Shown: positions 21,923-36,276, counted from the whole stretch's first letter. The stretch: 63,440 nt of DNA, filler included, from Clostridia bacterium (GCA_030637025.1; 6 parts of 6 records of this genome joined end to end with filler, not necessarily neighbours in it), one strand, 5' to 3'. Notes: generated by a model not told the origin, from the sequence alone. Program-made: numbers and translations.

Positions 21923-21978
21923 GTAGGGGCGACTTTAGTCGCCCAAAATACTCAAAGGGTGGGCAATCCCACCCCTAC
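21923..21978. repeat. GTAG-tagged REP doublet
   Basis: GTAGGGGCGACTTTAGTCGCCC ... GGGTGGGCAATCCCACCCCTAC. Confidence 0.8.
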
Positions 21979-22017
21979 GCTTTCGTTTAATTGGAAAAAT
22001 AAAAAGGGAAAACAATT

Positions 22018-22821
22018 ATGGAGAAGTTGTTAGAAATTAAGAATCTAAGTAAATATTTTTTTTTAAAAAAAGGTATTTTTAATCTGGAAAAAGAAACAAT
22101 CAAAGCGGTAGACGATATTTCTTTTGATATAGAAAAGGGGGAAATTTTAGGGCTGGTAGGTGAATCCGGTTCTGGAAAGAGTACCATTGCAAAATTAATT
22201 GTTAGATTAATTTATCCTCAGGCGGGAAGAATTTATTTTGAAAAAGAGGAAGTCAGAAAATTTTTCAGGGAAAAATTGTCTAAAAACATACAAATGATTT
22301 TTCAGGACCCATTTGCTTCTTTAAACCCAAAACTTTCAGTGGGGACGATTATAGGTGAGGTAATTAGAGTAAAAAATAAAATTTTAGGAAAAGGCTGTTC
22401 TAAAAAAAATATTCGTGAAGAAATAAAAAGTATTTTAGCTACTGTGGGGTTGCCAATAAACATTTTAGGCGATTATCCCCATCAATTTAGTGGAGGGCAG
22501 AGACAAAGAATTGGTATTGCCAGGGCTTTGGCTATGCAGCCAAGATTAATTATTGCTGATGAACCGGTATCTTCTCTGGATATTTCTATTCAGGCTCAAA
22601 TTATAAATTTACTATTGGATTTAAAAGAGGAATTCAACCTTTCTTTCATTTTTATTGCTCATGATTTAAATTTAGTAAAGTATTTATCCCGGCGAATGTT
22701 GGTAATGTATAAAGGGAAGATTGTTGAAGAAGGGTTGAGTGAAGAAATTTATAGAAATCCCCAGAATTCATATACTAAACAGCTTATAAAATCTATTCCT
22801 AAAATTAAATATTGGTCGTGA
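22018..22821 (+). CDS. oppF: Peptide ABC transporter ATPase
   Basis: GESGSGKS, YPHQFSGGQRQR, DEPVSSLD. Confidence 0.93.
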   Translation: MEKLLEIKNLSKYFFLKKGIFNLEKETIKAVDDISFDIEKGEILGLVGESGSGKSTIAKLIVRLIYPQAGRIYFEKEEVRKFFREKLSKNIQMIFQDPFASLNPKLSVGTIIGEVIRVKNKILGKGCSKKNIREEIKSILATVGLPINILGDYPHQFSGGQRQRIGIARALAMQPRLIIADEPVSSLDISIQAQIINLLLDLKEEFNLSFIFIAHDLNLVKYLSRRMLVMYKGKIVEEGLSEEIYRNPQNSYTKQLIKSIPKIKYWS

Positions 22822-22852
22822 CTTGCAGGAAATACTTTTAAAGGAGGAAAAA

Positions 22853-24340
22853 ATGGATCTTTACCAATTGTTAGAAGAAAAAGCTTTATTATGTCCTCGG
22901 CGTAAGGCTATTATTTTTAACCAGGAAAAGATTAATTATAAGGAGTTAAAAGAGAAAATAGATTCTTTCGCCCGGTTTCTTTTTTGGGAAAAAGAAATAA
23001 AACGGGGAGACAAAGTAGCGTTACTTTTGAGAAATTCTTCTCTGTTTATAATTATCTATTTTGCTGTTTTGAAAATAGGTGCAGTAGTTGTTCCTTTAAA
23101 TGTTTTTTTGCGTGAAGAAGAGTTAGTTTATATCCTTAATGATTCCAGAGTAGTATTTTTAATCAGTGAGAAAAAAGGGTTTGGACCGCTACTGAAAAAA
23201 ATTAAATCTCAGGCTATTAATTTAAGAGGGTCATTTTTTATTGAAGATATTATTCCGGGGGAAAATAAAGTTTTGCCTGCTAAGGAAATTGCTTCAGACG
23301 ATTTGGCCGCAATTCTGTATACTTCAGGGACTACAGGTCATCCTAAAGGGGTAATGTTAACCCATAATAATTTCATTGCTAATGTTAATTCGTGCATAAA
23401 AGCGGTGCCTGTCAAATGTAAGGATAATTTTTTATGTTTTTTGCCCATGTTTCATTCTTTTGCCTGGACAGTATGTGTTTTGGTTCCATTTTCTGTAGGG
23501 GCCTGTGTAACAATTATTTCCAGCGTTAGACCGATAAAAAGATTTTTTATTACAATTTTTAAAAGGAGAATTACTGTTTTTATCGGTATTCCTGCTATAT
23601 ATAATGTTTTGGTAAAAATACCTTTTTTTTCAATGTTATCTTTTCTTATCCCTGTAAGGATATGTATTTCCGGAGCAGATGCTTTGTCTTGTGATGTTTT
23701 AAAGAAATTTGAAAAGAAATTTCGGCGTCCTTTATTAGAAGGATATGGGCTTACTGAAGCTGCTCCTGTAGTTTCTTTTAATCTTTTAGGGAAATGTAAA
23801 TCGGGAACAGTGGGGTTTCCTTTGCCGGGGATAGAGGTGAAAATAGTTGATGATGAAGGAAAAACCCTTCCTCAGGGAGAAAGCGGTGAACTTTTGGTGC
23901 GGGGAGAAAATGTAATGAAAGGATATTACGATTTACCTACAGCCACGCAGGAAAGTATTATTGATGGCTGGTTATATACCGGAGATATGGCTTTGAGGGA
24001 TACAGAGGGGTATATAAAGATAGTAGGACGCAAGAAAGATTTAATTATTAACAAAGGATTAAATATTTATCCTCGTGAAATAGAATTAATTTTACAATCT
24101 TATCCTGGCGTTTTAGAAGCAGCAGTAGTTGGTATTCATACAAAAACAAAAGGAGAGGTTCCTAAGGCATATATTGTTTTAAATAAAGGGGCGGTTGTTG
24201 AAAAAAGTGAAATAATTAAGTATTGTCAAAAACGATTGGCTAAATATAAAATTCCTTATAAAATTGAATTTAGAGAGGAATTTCCTAAAACATCAACCGG
24301 TAAAATTAAAAAAATAAACTTAAAAAGAGGAATAAATTAA
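22853..24340 (+). CDS. fadD: Long-chain fatty acid--CoA ligase
   Basis: YTSGTTGHPKG, EGYGLTEA, WLYTGD; ATG after AGGAGG. Confidence 0.88.
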   Translation: MDLYQLLEEKALLCPRRKAIIFNQEKINYKELKEKIDSFARFLFWEKEIKRGDKVALLLRNSSLFIIIYFAVLKIGAVVVPLNVFLREEELVYILNDSRVVFLISEKKGFGPLLKKIKSQAINLRGSFFIEDIIPGENKVLPAKEIASDDLAAILYTSGTTGHPKGVMLTHNNFIANVNSCIKAVPVKCKDNFLCFLPMFHSFAWTVCVLVPFSVGACVTIISSVRPIKRFFITIFKRRITVFIGIPAIYNVLVKIPFFSMLSFLIPVRICISGADALSCDVLKKFEKKFRRPLLEGYGLTEAAPVVSFNLLGKCKSGTVGFPLPGIEVKIVDDEGKTLPQGESGELLVRGENVMKGYYDLPTATQESIIDGWLYTGDMALRDTEGYIKIVGRKKDLIINKGLNIYPREIELILQSYPGVLEAAVVGIHTKTKGEVPKAYIVLNKGAVVEKSEIIKYCQKRLAKYKIPYKIEFREEFPKTSTGKIKKINLKRGIN

Positions 24341-24344
24341 TATA

Positions 24345-25802
24345 ATGGTAAAGAAAAAAATAATACAGAAAATGATTGATCAGGTATATGATTTCTGTCA
24401 TAGAAAAAAAATAAAATCTTATTTTGTAGGAGGGTTTGTAAGAAATTTATTGTTGAATAAAGAAATAAAGGATATAGATGTTGTAATCGCAATTACTAAT
24501 AAAAACGATACGGTAGCTAAAATAGCAAGAGAATTTGCCGGTAAAAGCAAAGGTTCTCTGGTTCAACTTGATGAAAAAAATGATGTTTACAGAATCGTAT
24601 ATCGTACTGGGATTTATCTTGATTTTGCCAGGATGAGAGGAAAAAATATAAAAGAGGATTTAAATATAAGAGATTTTACTATAAATGCTCTGGCTAAACC
24701 TATTACCGATAGTGTTCACTTTTTTAGTATCAGTAAAGATATTATTGACTGTTGCGGGGGGAAGAAGGATTTAAAAGATAAAATTATTAAGATGGTTAAT
24801 AAAGAAGTATTTGATGAAGATCCTTTACGCTTGTTAAGGGCGTACCGTCTGTCAGCGGTGTTGGATTTTAAAATTGAAAATTCAACCAGAAAATTAATTA
24901 AGCAAAAAAGTTTCCTAATCAATAAAGTAGCCAAAGAGAGAGTAAGGGATGAATTATTTAAAATTCTCCAAACAGATAATAGTTATCAGTATATTCTTTC
25001 TTTGGAAAAGACAGGGCTCTTAACTGAAATTTTTCCGGAGATAAATATTATGAAAAATGCTGTCGATTGTTATTATCATCAGCAGGGATTATGGGAGCAT
25101 TCTTTAGAAACATTAAATTCTCTGGAAGAAATTTTCTTGAAACTGCCATTTTTATTTCCACAAAGTTGTAATAAATTAAAGAAACACTTAGAAGAAAAAG
25201 TCACGGATAACATTAAAAGAAAAGAGGTTTTTAAGTTAGGAGCGATTTTTCATGATATAGGTAAACCGGCGACTTTAAAAATGATTGATGGGAAGGTTCG
25301 GTTTTTAGGACATGAAGTGGAAGGAGTTAAGTTGACTAAAAAAATATTGCGAAAATTAAAATTAAGTAACAAGATGATAAAAATCATAGAAAAAATAATT
25401 TTACATCACATGCGTCCTGGAAATCTGGCTTCTGCTCCCCGGTTGACTGACCGGGCAATAGGGAGGTTTTTTACTGATTTAAAAGAAGAAGGTGTAGGTG
25501 CTTTACTTGTTTCTTTGGCTGATCATTATTCGTATCGTAAAATAAAAATAAAAAAAAGTGAAATAAAAAAACAATTAACTACCACTTCTAAAATGTTAAA
25601 AAGTTTTTATCAAAGAAGAAAAATAATTTTACCCAAACCTTTTTTAAACGGGGACGATTTAATGCGTATTTTTGGGTTTTCTCCAGGGCCGCAAATAGGT
25701 TTGTTTTTAAAATTGATAACTGAAGCACAGGTTAGCGGAGAAATTAAGACTAAAAAAAGGGCAGTAGAATATGTTAGAAGTTTAATAGAAAAGACCTCTT
25801 AA
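24345..25802 (+). CDS. cca: CCA tRNA nucleotidyltransferase with HD domain
   Basis: VGGFVRN..DID, RDFTINA, EDPLRLLR, HDIGK. Confidence 0.88.
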   Translation: MVKKKIIQKMIDQVYDFCHRKKIKSYFVGGFVRNLLLNKEIKDIDVVIAITNKNDTVAKIAREFAGKSKGSLVQLDEKNDVYRIVYRTGIYLDFARMRGKNIKEDLNIRDFTINALAKPITDSVHFFSISKDIIDCCGGKKDLKDKIIKMVNKEVFDEDPLRLLRAYRLSAVLDFKIENSTRKLIKQKSFLINKVAKERVRDELFKILQTDNSYQYILSLEKTGLLTEIFPEINIMKNAVDCYYHQQGLWEHSLETLNSLEEIFLKLPFLFPQSCNKLKKHLEEKVTDNIKRKEVFKLGAIFHDIGKPATLKMIDGKVRFLGHEVEGVKLTKKILRKLKLSNKMIKIIEKIILHHMRPGNLASAPRLTDRAIGRFFTDLKEEGVGALLVSLADHYSYRKIKIKKSEIKKQLTTTSKMLKSFYQRRKIILPKPFLNGDDLMRIFGFSPGPQIGLFLKLITEAQVSGEIKTKKRAVEYVRSLIEKTS

Positions 25803-25866
25803 ACTTTATTTGTGTTTTTTAGTGTTTGGTTTTTGGATATATAATTCCGACGGTATAAATTTTATC

Positions 25867-26056
25867 TTGACAAAAAAATACATTTATGGTATACTCCGCT
25901 CACTGAAAAAAAAGATGATCTTCCTGCTGGAAAATCTGCAGAAAGGGTCTGCTCTAAAAAAAATTGAATTTTAAAAAAAGGTTGACAAATTAATTAACAT
26001 TTTGATATAATATTCTTTTGGAGAAAACAAGTTATTGTTTTTTTGTTCTTTGAAAA
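25867..26056 (+). promoter_or_regulatory. rrn tandem promoters P1/P2 and boxA
   Basis: TTGACA-17-TATACT (25867-25895); TTGACA-18-TATAAT (25982-26011); boxA TGTTCTTTGAAAA (26044); second boxA at 28272. Confidence 0.8.
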
Positions 26057-26127
26057 ATGAAGTGAAATGCAAAGTAAGAATTAAGAATAAAACTAAATTA
26101 GGATGCCAGTGGACACTATGATTTTAA

Positions 26128-27717
<1,590 letters not shown>

Positions 27718-27858
27718 CTTAAGGAGTATAATAAAAATAAACATATGTAAAAAAAGTGATTCATTGGCATCTTAATTTAGTTTTAAAAAACAAACCGGTT
27801 GCCGGTTTAAGGTTTTAGGTCTAAGTTTTCAATTGTGACTTCGTAAAAGAACTAAACT

Positions 27859-27935
<77 letters not shown>

Positions 27936-28112
27936 GTTACCTGAAAAAATTAAGATTAAAATTAAAGGTTTGGAAGAAAAAGATCATTTGGGTATAGGTG
28001 GATTGAAAACATAAGGGAATTGGTTTTTATTAACGAAAAAATGCTAATTTCTAAATAAGAAAAAAATATAATGGTAAGGAAAAAAAAATTATTTTGATTT
28101 TTGGATATGGAC

Positions 28113-28188
28113 GGGGGTGTAGCTCAGCTGGGAGAGCGGCTGCCTTGCACGCAGTAGGTCGCCCGTTCAAATCGGGTCACCTCCACCA
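28113..28188 (+). tRNA. trnA: tRNA-Ala(TGC)
   Basis: G3:U70 pair, CTTGCAC loop, CCA. Confidence 0.97.
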
Positions 28189-28357
28189 TTATAAGAGAAT
28201 ATATAAGACAATAAATAATAAATGTAATAAATAAAGTTTTTATTAATTTAAGTGTTTTTATTTTGACACTGTGTTCTTTGACAATTGAATAATGTATATA
28301 AGGTATATAATGCGATAAATAGAATTAGAATAAGTAATAAGTAGAATTAGATAATAT

Positions 28358-31059
<2,702 letters not shown>

Positions 31060-31159
31060 NNNNNNNNNNNNNNNNNNNNNNNNNNNNNNNNNNNNNNNNN
31101 NNNTTAATTAATTAANNNNNNNNNNNNNNNNNNNNNNNNNNNNNNNNNNNNNNNNNNNN
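31060..31159. other. Artificial contig linker
   Basis: N-TTAATTAATTAA-N. Confidence 0.99.
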
Positions 31160-31530
31160 CAGGACAGGAGGGTTCGAGACAGCAATTTTTCCTGGGTGAT
31201 ACGCGCAGTCTGGATGAGGTGATAAGAGAGTTTGCCGATATGGGGTGTATTACTTCCTTCTGTACCGCCGGCTACAGGTGCGGGCGGACAGGTAAATGCA
31301 TTATGGACCTTTTGAGAACGGGCAAAGAGGGGCAGTTTTGCAAACTAAATGCCGTTCTTACTTTCAGGGAGTGGCTTGATGATTTTGCCAGTGAGGAAAC
31401 CAAAGAGGTAGGAGAAATAATTATTAATAAAGAATTAAATGAAATTAAGAAAACGATGCCTGATTTTTATCCTAAGCTTGTAGAGTATTATGAAAAAATT
31501 AAAGCAGGAGAAAGGGATCTTTATATTTAA
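31160..31530 (+). CDS. hydG: [FeFe]-hydrogenase maturase HydG, C-terminal fragment (copy 1)
   Basis: SFCTAGYRCGRTG...FCKLNA...GERDLYI; about 82% identical to 53938-55443. Confidence 0.93.
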
Positions 31531-31531
31531 A

Positions 31532-31864
31532 TAGACTTCAGCAAAAGAGCCTTTTTACCTTTATTGTCATTCCTGCGAACAGACTGTGTTATAATTAAGA
31601 TTTTCATGTGGTAGCCGCAACCTTTAGGGTGTGTTATCGTCGGAGATTTTCCGCAGGCTAAAGCCTGCGACTACCAAAAAGAGGATTATGACACAGCCTG
31701 GAAAGCAGGAATCTATTGATATTTTAAGCACATTTTGGATTATGGATTCCTGCTTTCGCAGGAATGACAGAATGAAAAAAGGAATGATCCGCCTTACTGA
31801 CTGGAGGATCCGACTTATGGACTGGTGGAGAAGCAAGTAGAATATGTCATTTTGCAGAACTCTT
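31532..31864. mobile_element. MITE-like element containing a TGTC-REP doublet
   Basis: Ends TAGACTTCAGCAAAA / TTTTGCAGAACTCTT; flanking direct repeat TATATTTAAA (31522-31531, 31865-31874). Confidence 0.7.
31580..31700. mobile_element. 121-bp MITE inserted in a REP loop, carrying a GTAG-REP doublet
   Basis: TIR CAGACTGTGTTATAAT / ATTATGACACAGCCTG (14/16), GAA duplicated on both sides. Confidence 0.8.
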
Positions 31865-31888
31865 TATATTTAAATTTTTTAAAAATAG

Positions 31889-32824
31889 GTGAAAAAAATG
31901 AATGTTTTAGTTACCGGAGCTACCGGGTTTATCGGTAGAAATTTAGTGAAGGAATTGGCTCAGCGTAAAGAATATGAAAATATCTTTTGCCTGGTAAGGA
32001 ATGAAAAGAAAGCCGCAAGGTTAAAGCCTTTTGGGGTAAAATTGATTTATGCCGACCTTGCCCGGGAAGACACTCTGGATAAAATAAAAAAAGAAAAAAT
32101 AGATATTGTTTTTCACTGTGCCGGATATGTGGGGAATAAAAAAAGATTATTAAAGGAAGTAAATGTTATAGGAACAGAAAATATTTGTAAATTAGCCGGG
32201 CAGTTAAAAGTAGAGAGAATGGTTTATTTAAGTTCTATAGCGGTAGTAAGTGGGAATAAGCAAATTCCTTTAACCGAAGATTTACCGTATAATGCAACGG
32301 GCTTTTATGGCCAATCAAAGATAGAGGCAGAAAAAAAAGTATTGGAATTTCGAAAAAACGGATTGAGGGTTGTAATTCTAAGGCCTTGTATGATCTACGG
32401 AGAGGAAGAGCCGCATTTATTAAAACTTCTTTGTTTTTTGTTAAAATATAGGTTATTACCTTTAGTTGATGAAGGAAAAAGAAAACTACATCTGGGATAT
32501 ATAAAAAATGTAGTAGAATTGATGCTTTATTCGGTTAAAAAAGAAGAATTTTTAAAAGATACTTTTTTTATAGCAGACAATGAAGGTTTGAGTGTGAAAG
32601 AAATTTTTGATACGATAACTAATGTTGCCGGGGTTTCTCCTGCCTGGAATGTTCCTGCGGTTCTAAAACCGGTATTTTTAAGAATTCCTTTTTTACGCAG
32701 GGGAATAAAGTTTTTTCTTAAAGATAGGATATATAGTATAGAGAAAATTAAATCTTTGGGTTTTAGTCCTCCTTATCAGGCAAAAATCGGTTTTGAGCAA
32801 AGTGTGAGGTATTTTTTAAAATGA
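31889..32824 (+). CDS. NAD-dependent epimerase/dehydratase (extended SDR)
   Basis: VTGATGFIG, YGQSK, LRPCMIYG. Confidence 0.92.
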   Translation: MKKMNVLVTGATGFIGRNLVKELAQRKEYENIFCLVRNEKKAARLKPFGVKLIYADLAREDTLDKIKKEKIDIVFHCAGYVGNKKRLLKEVNVIGTENICKLAGQLKVERMVYLSSIAVVSGNKQIPLTEDLPYNATGFYGQSKIEAEKKVLEFRKNGLRVVILRPCMIYGEEEPHLLKLLCFLLKYRLLPLVDEGKRKLHLGYIKNVVELMLYSVKKEEFLKDTFFIADNEGLSVKEIFDTITNVAGVSPAWNVPAVLKPVFLRIPFLRRGIKFFLKDRIYSIEKIKSLGFSPPYQAKIGFEQSVRYFLK

Positions 32825-32878
32825 AACGTTTATGAAGGACTTTGTTTTTTACCAATCTAAATAAAAATGTATTACTAA

Positions 32879-32964
32879 TGTCATTGTCCGATTTTCGATC
32901 AAGTTGAGAACAGGCTTGATTGGGCAATTCGGACTGGATTATCCGGTCAAGCCGGATAATGACA
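32879..32964. repeat. TGTC-tagged REP doublet (second subfamily) with nested insert
   Basis: TGTCATTGTCCGA..CTTGATTGGGCAAT / GGATTATCCGGTCAAGCCGGATAATGACA. Confidence 0.7.
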
Positions 32965-32979
32965 AAGGAGTATTTTCAA

Positions 32980-33951
32980 ATGAAAAAAAAAGAAATTCTG
33001 GAATATCTTAAAAGTAATAAAATATCTTCCCTGTTAAGCGAAGCAGATGAAACAAGAAAATTATATTGCGGGGAAGAAGTTTTTATCCGGGGAATTATTG
33101 CGTTTTCTAATTTTTGTGTCCGTAATTGTTTGTATTGTGGGTTAAGAAGGGATAATAAAAAAATAAAACGTTATCGAATGCAGCCGGAGGAAATAATAAC
33201 CTGCGCCTTTAAAATAATAGAAAAAGGAATAAAAACAATAGTTTTACAATCCGGGGATGATTTTTATTATACCCGGGAAATGATTGGGCAAATTATTGGT
33301 AAGATTAAGAAAAAATACCCCAAAGTAGCAATTACCCTGTCTATAGGGGAAAGGCCGTTAAAAGAATATAAAGCTTTTAGAGATTACGGGGCGGATAGAT
33401 ACTTGCTTAAGACAGAGACAATGAACGCTAAACTTTATCAGCGGTTACATCCGGGTCAGAATTTATCTGCCAGATTAAAAATTTTGGATTGTTTGAAAAA
33501 GTTGGATTTTCAGGTAGGTGCCGGGTGTATTGTCGGCCTTCCCGGACAGACACTGGATGATTTGGTTGAGGAGATTTTATTTTCAAAAAAATACCACCTG
33601 GATATGGCAGGAATAGGTCCTTTTGTTCCTCAGGGAGAAACCCCGTTAGGAAATTTTCCGTCAGGGAAGTTAAGATTGACTTTGAAAATTCTGGCATTAA
33701 CCCGTATTTTAACTAAAAATACTCATCTTCCGGCAACAACGGCTTTAGCTACAATTGACCCGCAAAAAGGGCAGGCAGCAGGACTAAGGGCAGGTTGTAA
33801 TGTTATTATGCTCGATTTTACCCCGGGAACTTATGGTAAAAAATATAAAATTTATGACCATAAAGTAAAAATCACGTTAACCAATGCGAAAAAAATAATT
33901 TTACAGGCAAAAAGAAAAATTTGCTTAAATAGAGGAGATGCTTTTAAATAA
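32980..33951 (+). CDS. hydE: [FeFe]-hydrogenase maturase HydE (radical SAM)
   Basis: SNFCVRNCLYCGLR, VLQSG, PATTALAT; ATG after AAGGAG (the longer ORF start lies inside the repeat). Confidence 0.92.
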   Translation: MKKKEILEYLKSNKISSLLSEADETRKLYCGEEVFIRGIIAFSNFCVRNCLYCGLRRDNKKIKRYRMQPEEIITCAFKIIEKGIKTIVLQSGDDFYYTREMIGQIIGKIKKKYPKVAITLSIGERPLKEYKAFRDYGADRYLLKTETMNAKLYQRLHPGQNLSARLKILDCLKKLDFQVGAGCIVGLPGQTLDDLVEEILFSKKYHLDMAGIGPFVPQGETPLGNFPSGKLRLTLKILALTRILTKNTHLPATTALATIDPQKGQAAGLRAGCNVIMLDFTPGTYGKKYKIYDHKVKITLTNAKKIILQAKRKICLNRGDAFK

Positions 33952-34049
33952 ATAATTTTTTTTTCTTGCCTTAAGAATGGATATAAAGTAAAATTAAAAA
34001 AAAGATTTCAAAAAAAAACAAGGGAGTGCCAAAAATAAAATGATAAAAA

Positions 34050-34073
34050 CGCAGGCTAAAGCCTGCGACTACC
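34050..34073. repeat. Single GTAG-type REP
   Basis: CGCAGGCTAAAGCCTGCGACTACC, identical to 31652-31675. Confidence 0.85.
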
Positions 34074-34123
34074 AAAAAATAAAATATTTTTGACATTACT
34101 AAAATTAAAATAAGGAGAAAATA

Positions 34124-35431
34124 ATGATAAAAAATTTTGTTCTGGATACTAATGTTTTAATTCATGATACTGATTGTATACACAGTTTTGCAGATAATAA
34201 GGTTACTATTCCCATAGCAGTAATTGAGGAGCTGGATAAATTAAAAAGGTCTCCCGATGAAAGGGGAAGAAACGCCAGACTGATTGCCCATAAAATAGAT
34301 GATCTTCGTGTTAAAGGAAAATTAAATGAGGGGGTGCCTTTAGAAGAGGGGGGTGTTTTTAAAGTAGAGCTTGATCCTTCCAAAAAAGATTTATATTTTA
34401 AATCAAAAAACTCTTCCCCTGATACCCGTATTCTTCACACGGCCATGGCTTTACAGGAAAAAGGGGGAAATGTCGTTTTTATTACCAAGGATATAAATTT
34501 AAGAATAAGGGCGGAAGCCGTAGGATTGACAGTACAAAATTACGAAAAAGAAAAGGTTAATATAGAAACTTTGTATTCCGGGTATAGAACTATTAAAGTT
34601 GGAAAAGAAGTGATTGATAGATTTTTTAAAGATAAGAAAATTAAAGCAGATAAATTAGGCAAGTTTTCTCCTAATGAATTTATTATTCTTAAAGATGGCC
34701 AGAATGATTCCCATTCAGCACTTTTAAAGTATGATCAAGAGAGCGATTTTTTTATACCGCTTTCTCATCAGAAAACGGTTCCCTGGGGGATAAAACCGTT
34801 AAATAAAGAGCAGAGATTTGCTCTGGAGTTGCTGTTAAGTGAGGAGATAAAATTAGTGACATTGGTGGGGGTTGCCGGTTCGGGAAAGACATTGCTTTCC
34901 ATTGCCTGTGGGTTGCAGAAAACAATTGATGAACAAAGTTACCGTCGCTTACTTGTTTGCCGTCCTGTTATTCCAATGGGTAAAGACCTGGGTTTTTTGC
35001 CGGGTACAAAAGCAGAAAAATTACAGGAATGGATGGGAGCAATAAATGATAATTTGGATTTTCTTTTTGAAAGGAATAATCCTTCAGGGGTTAAAAAAAG
35101 CAGTCAATATCTTTTTGATACAGGAAAAATTGAGATAGAAGCATTAACTTATCTGCGGGGGCGGACTTTACCTCAGCAATATATCATCATTGATGATGCT
35201 CAAAATTTAACCCCCTTAGAAATGAAAACTATTGTTAGCCGGGCAGGAAAAGATACCAAGGTAATATTAACCGGGGATCCTTATCAGATAGATAATCCCT
35301 ACCTTGATGCTGCCAGTAATGGATTAAGCTATGTTGTAGAGAGATTTAAAGGGCAGAAATTGTTTGGAAATGTAACCTTTGTTAAGAGCGAGAGAAGCGA
35401 ATTAGCCGCTTTAGCTGCGGCATTATTGTAA
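34124..35431 (+). CDS. PIN-PhoH (PhoH2/YlaK) protein
   Basis: FVLDTNVLIHD PIN; GVAGSGKT; RGRT; DDAQN; GDPYQID. Confidence 0.93.
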   Translation: MIKNFVLDTNVLIHDTDCIHSFADNKVTIPIAVIEELDKLKRSPDERGRNARLIAHKIDDLRVKGKLNEGVPLEEGGVFKVELDPSKKDLYFKSKNSSPDTRILHTAMALQEKGGNVVFITKDINLRIRAEAVGLTVQNYEKEKVNIETLYSGYRTIKVGKEVIDRFFKDKKIKADKLGKFSPNEFIILKDGQNDSHSALLKYDQESDFFIPLSHQKTVPWGIKPLNKEQRFALELLLSEEIKLVTLVGVAGSGKTLLSIACGLQKTIDEQSYRRLLVCRPVIPMGKDLGFLPGTKAEKLQEWMGAINDNLDFLFERNNPSGVKKSSQYLFDTGKIEIEALTYLRGRTLPQQYIIIDDAQNLTPLEMKTIVSRAGKDTKVILTGDPYQIDNPYLDAASNGLSYVVERFKGQKLFGNVTFVKSERSELAALAAALL

Positions 35432-35473
35432 GTGGTTAAGTTTTTTATTATTGCCGAAAGGAAAAAGTTTTCT

Positions 35474-36085
35474 TTAAGTGGTAGAATTAGAAGAATGAGG
35501 AACAAATAACAAGGGGAAAATAATATCACTGGTACAGCAGGGAATCCAGACGGCAAGAAACAAAAAGAAAAAAACAATAGTATAAGAAACCCAGCTTAAC
35601 GGTTCGCCTATTGCCATAATAATATGAAAAAGAGAAGCCCAGGTACTTAATAAAACATGGCCAAAATGAGGGAATGTGGTACTAGGTTTAAAATGAGCAA
35701 GAAGAATACCCAAAAAGGCTAAAGGATTTACCATATACCATTTCTCAATAAAACCCAGGTGCAGATGTCTATGGGGCATATCTAATAAAGTTTCGCCTAA
35801 ATAAGGAATTAAACAGTCGCTTAAAGTGGCTATGCCAATCGAACCCAAATAACCAATAAAAACTAAAGTCCAAAATTTATGTTTTCCCGGTGTGTGTAAC
35901 TTATACATGGATACAGTAGCAAAAGCACTTAAGAGTACATGCAGGGGATGTAACAAATAAAAAAGATTAAAGGAAGTATCATCGGAAATATTTTGGAAAA
36001 GCAGCATAATAATAATTCCGCTAAATGCGCCTAAAGAAGTAAAAGGTGCATGGTGTTTCAACTCTTTAAAAATTAATTTAAACAT
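35474..36085 (-). CDS. His/Cys-rich multi-pass membrane protein of unknown function
   Basis: About 5-6 TMs; HHAPF, HPLH, HRHLH, PHFGH, PCCTSD. Confidence 0.8.
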   Translation of the reverse strand: MFKLIFKELKHHAPFTSLGAFSGIIIMLLFQNISDDTSFNLFYLLHPLHVLLSAFATVSMYKLHTPGKHKFWTLVFIGYLGSIGIATLSDCLIPYLGETLLDMPHRHLHLGFIEKWYMVNPLAFLGILLAHFKPSTTFPHFGHVLLSTWASLFHIIMAIGEPLSWVSYTIVFFFLFLAVWIPCCTSDIIFPLLFVPHSSNSTT

Positions 36086-36223
36086 TTTCTTTTCCTATTT
36101 ATAAATAGAAATAAATTCCTGTTATAAAATTCTCCTACACGGTTTGCAGGGTTAAAAAATGTTCTTTGCTCGGAAAAAAATCAATGATAACCTTTTTTCG
36201 GGAGTAGGCTTAAATTTGCAATT

Positions 36224-36276
36224 AAATCGAAACTATTTTCATTTATGATAGTACTAAATAATTGTTTCTCTGTCAA
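36224..36276 (-). promoter_or_regulatory. sigma70 promoter with Fur/Zur-like operator at the start site
   Basis: Minus strand TTGACA-17-TACTAT; imperfect 21-bp palindrome AAATCGAAAC-T-ATTTTCATTT. Confidence 0.55.

Noticed and set aside
31624-31840. 69-70 aa ORFs here and at 55422-55682
   Set aside because: Translations of REP/MITE sequence (SFLRKQES, DSCFRRND).
32920-32979. N-terminal extension of HydE
   Set aside because: Derived from the REP doublet; the RBS supports the ATG at 32980.
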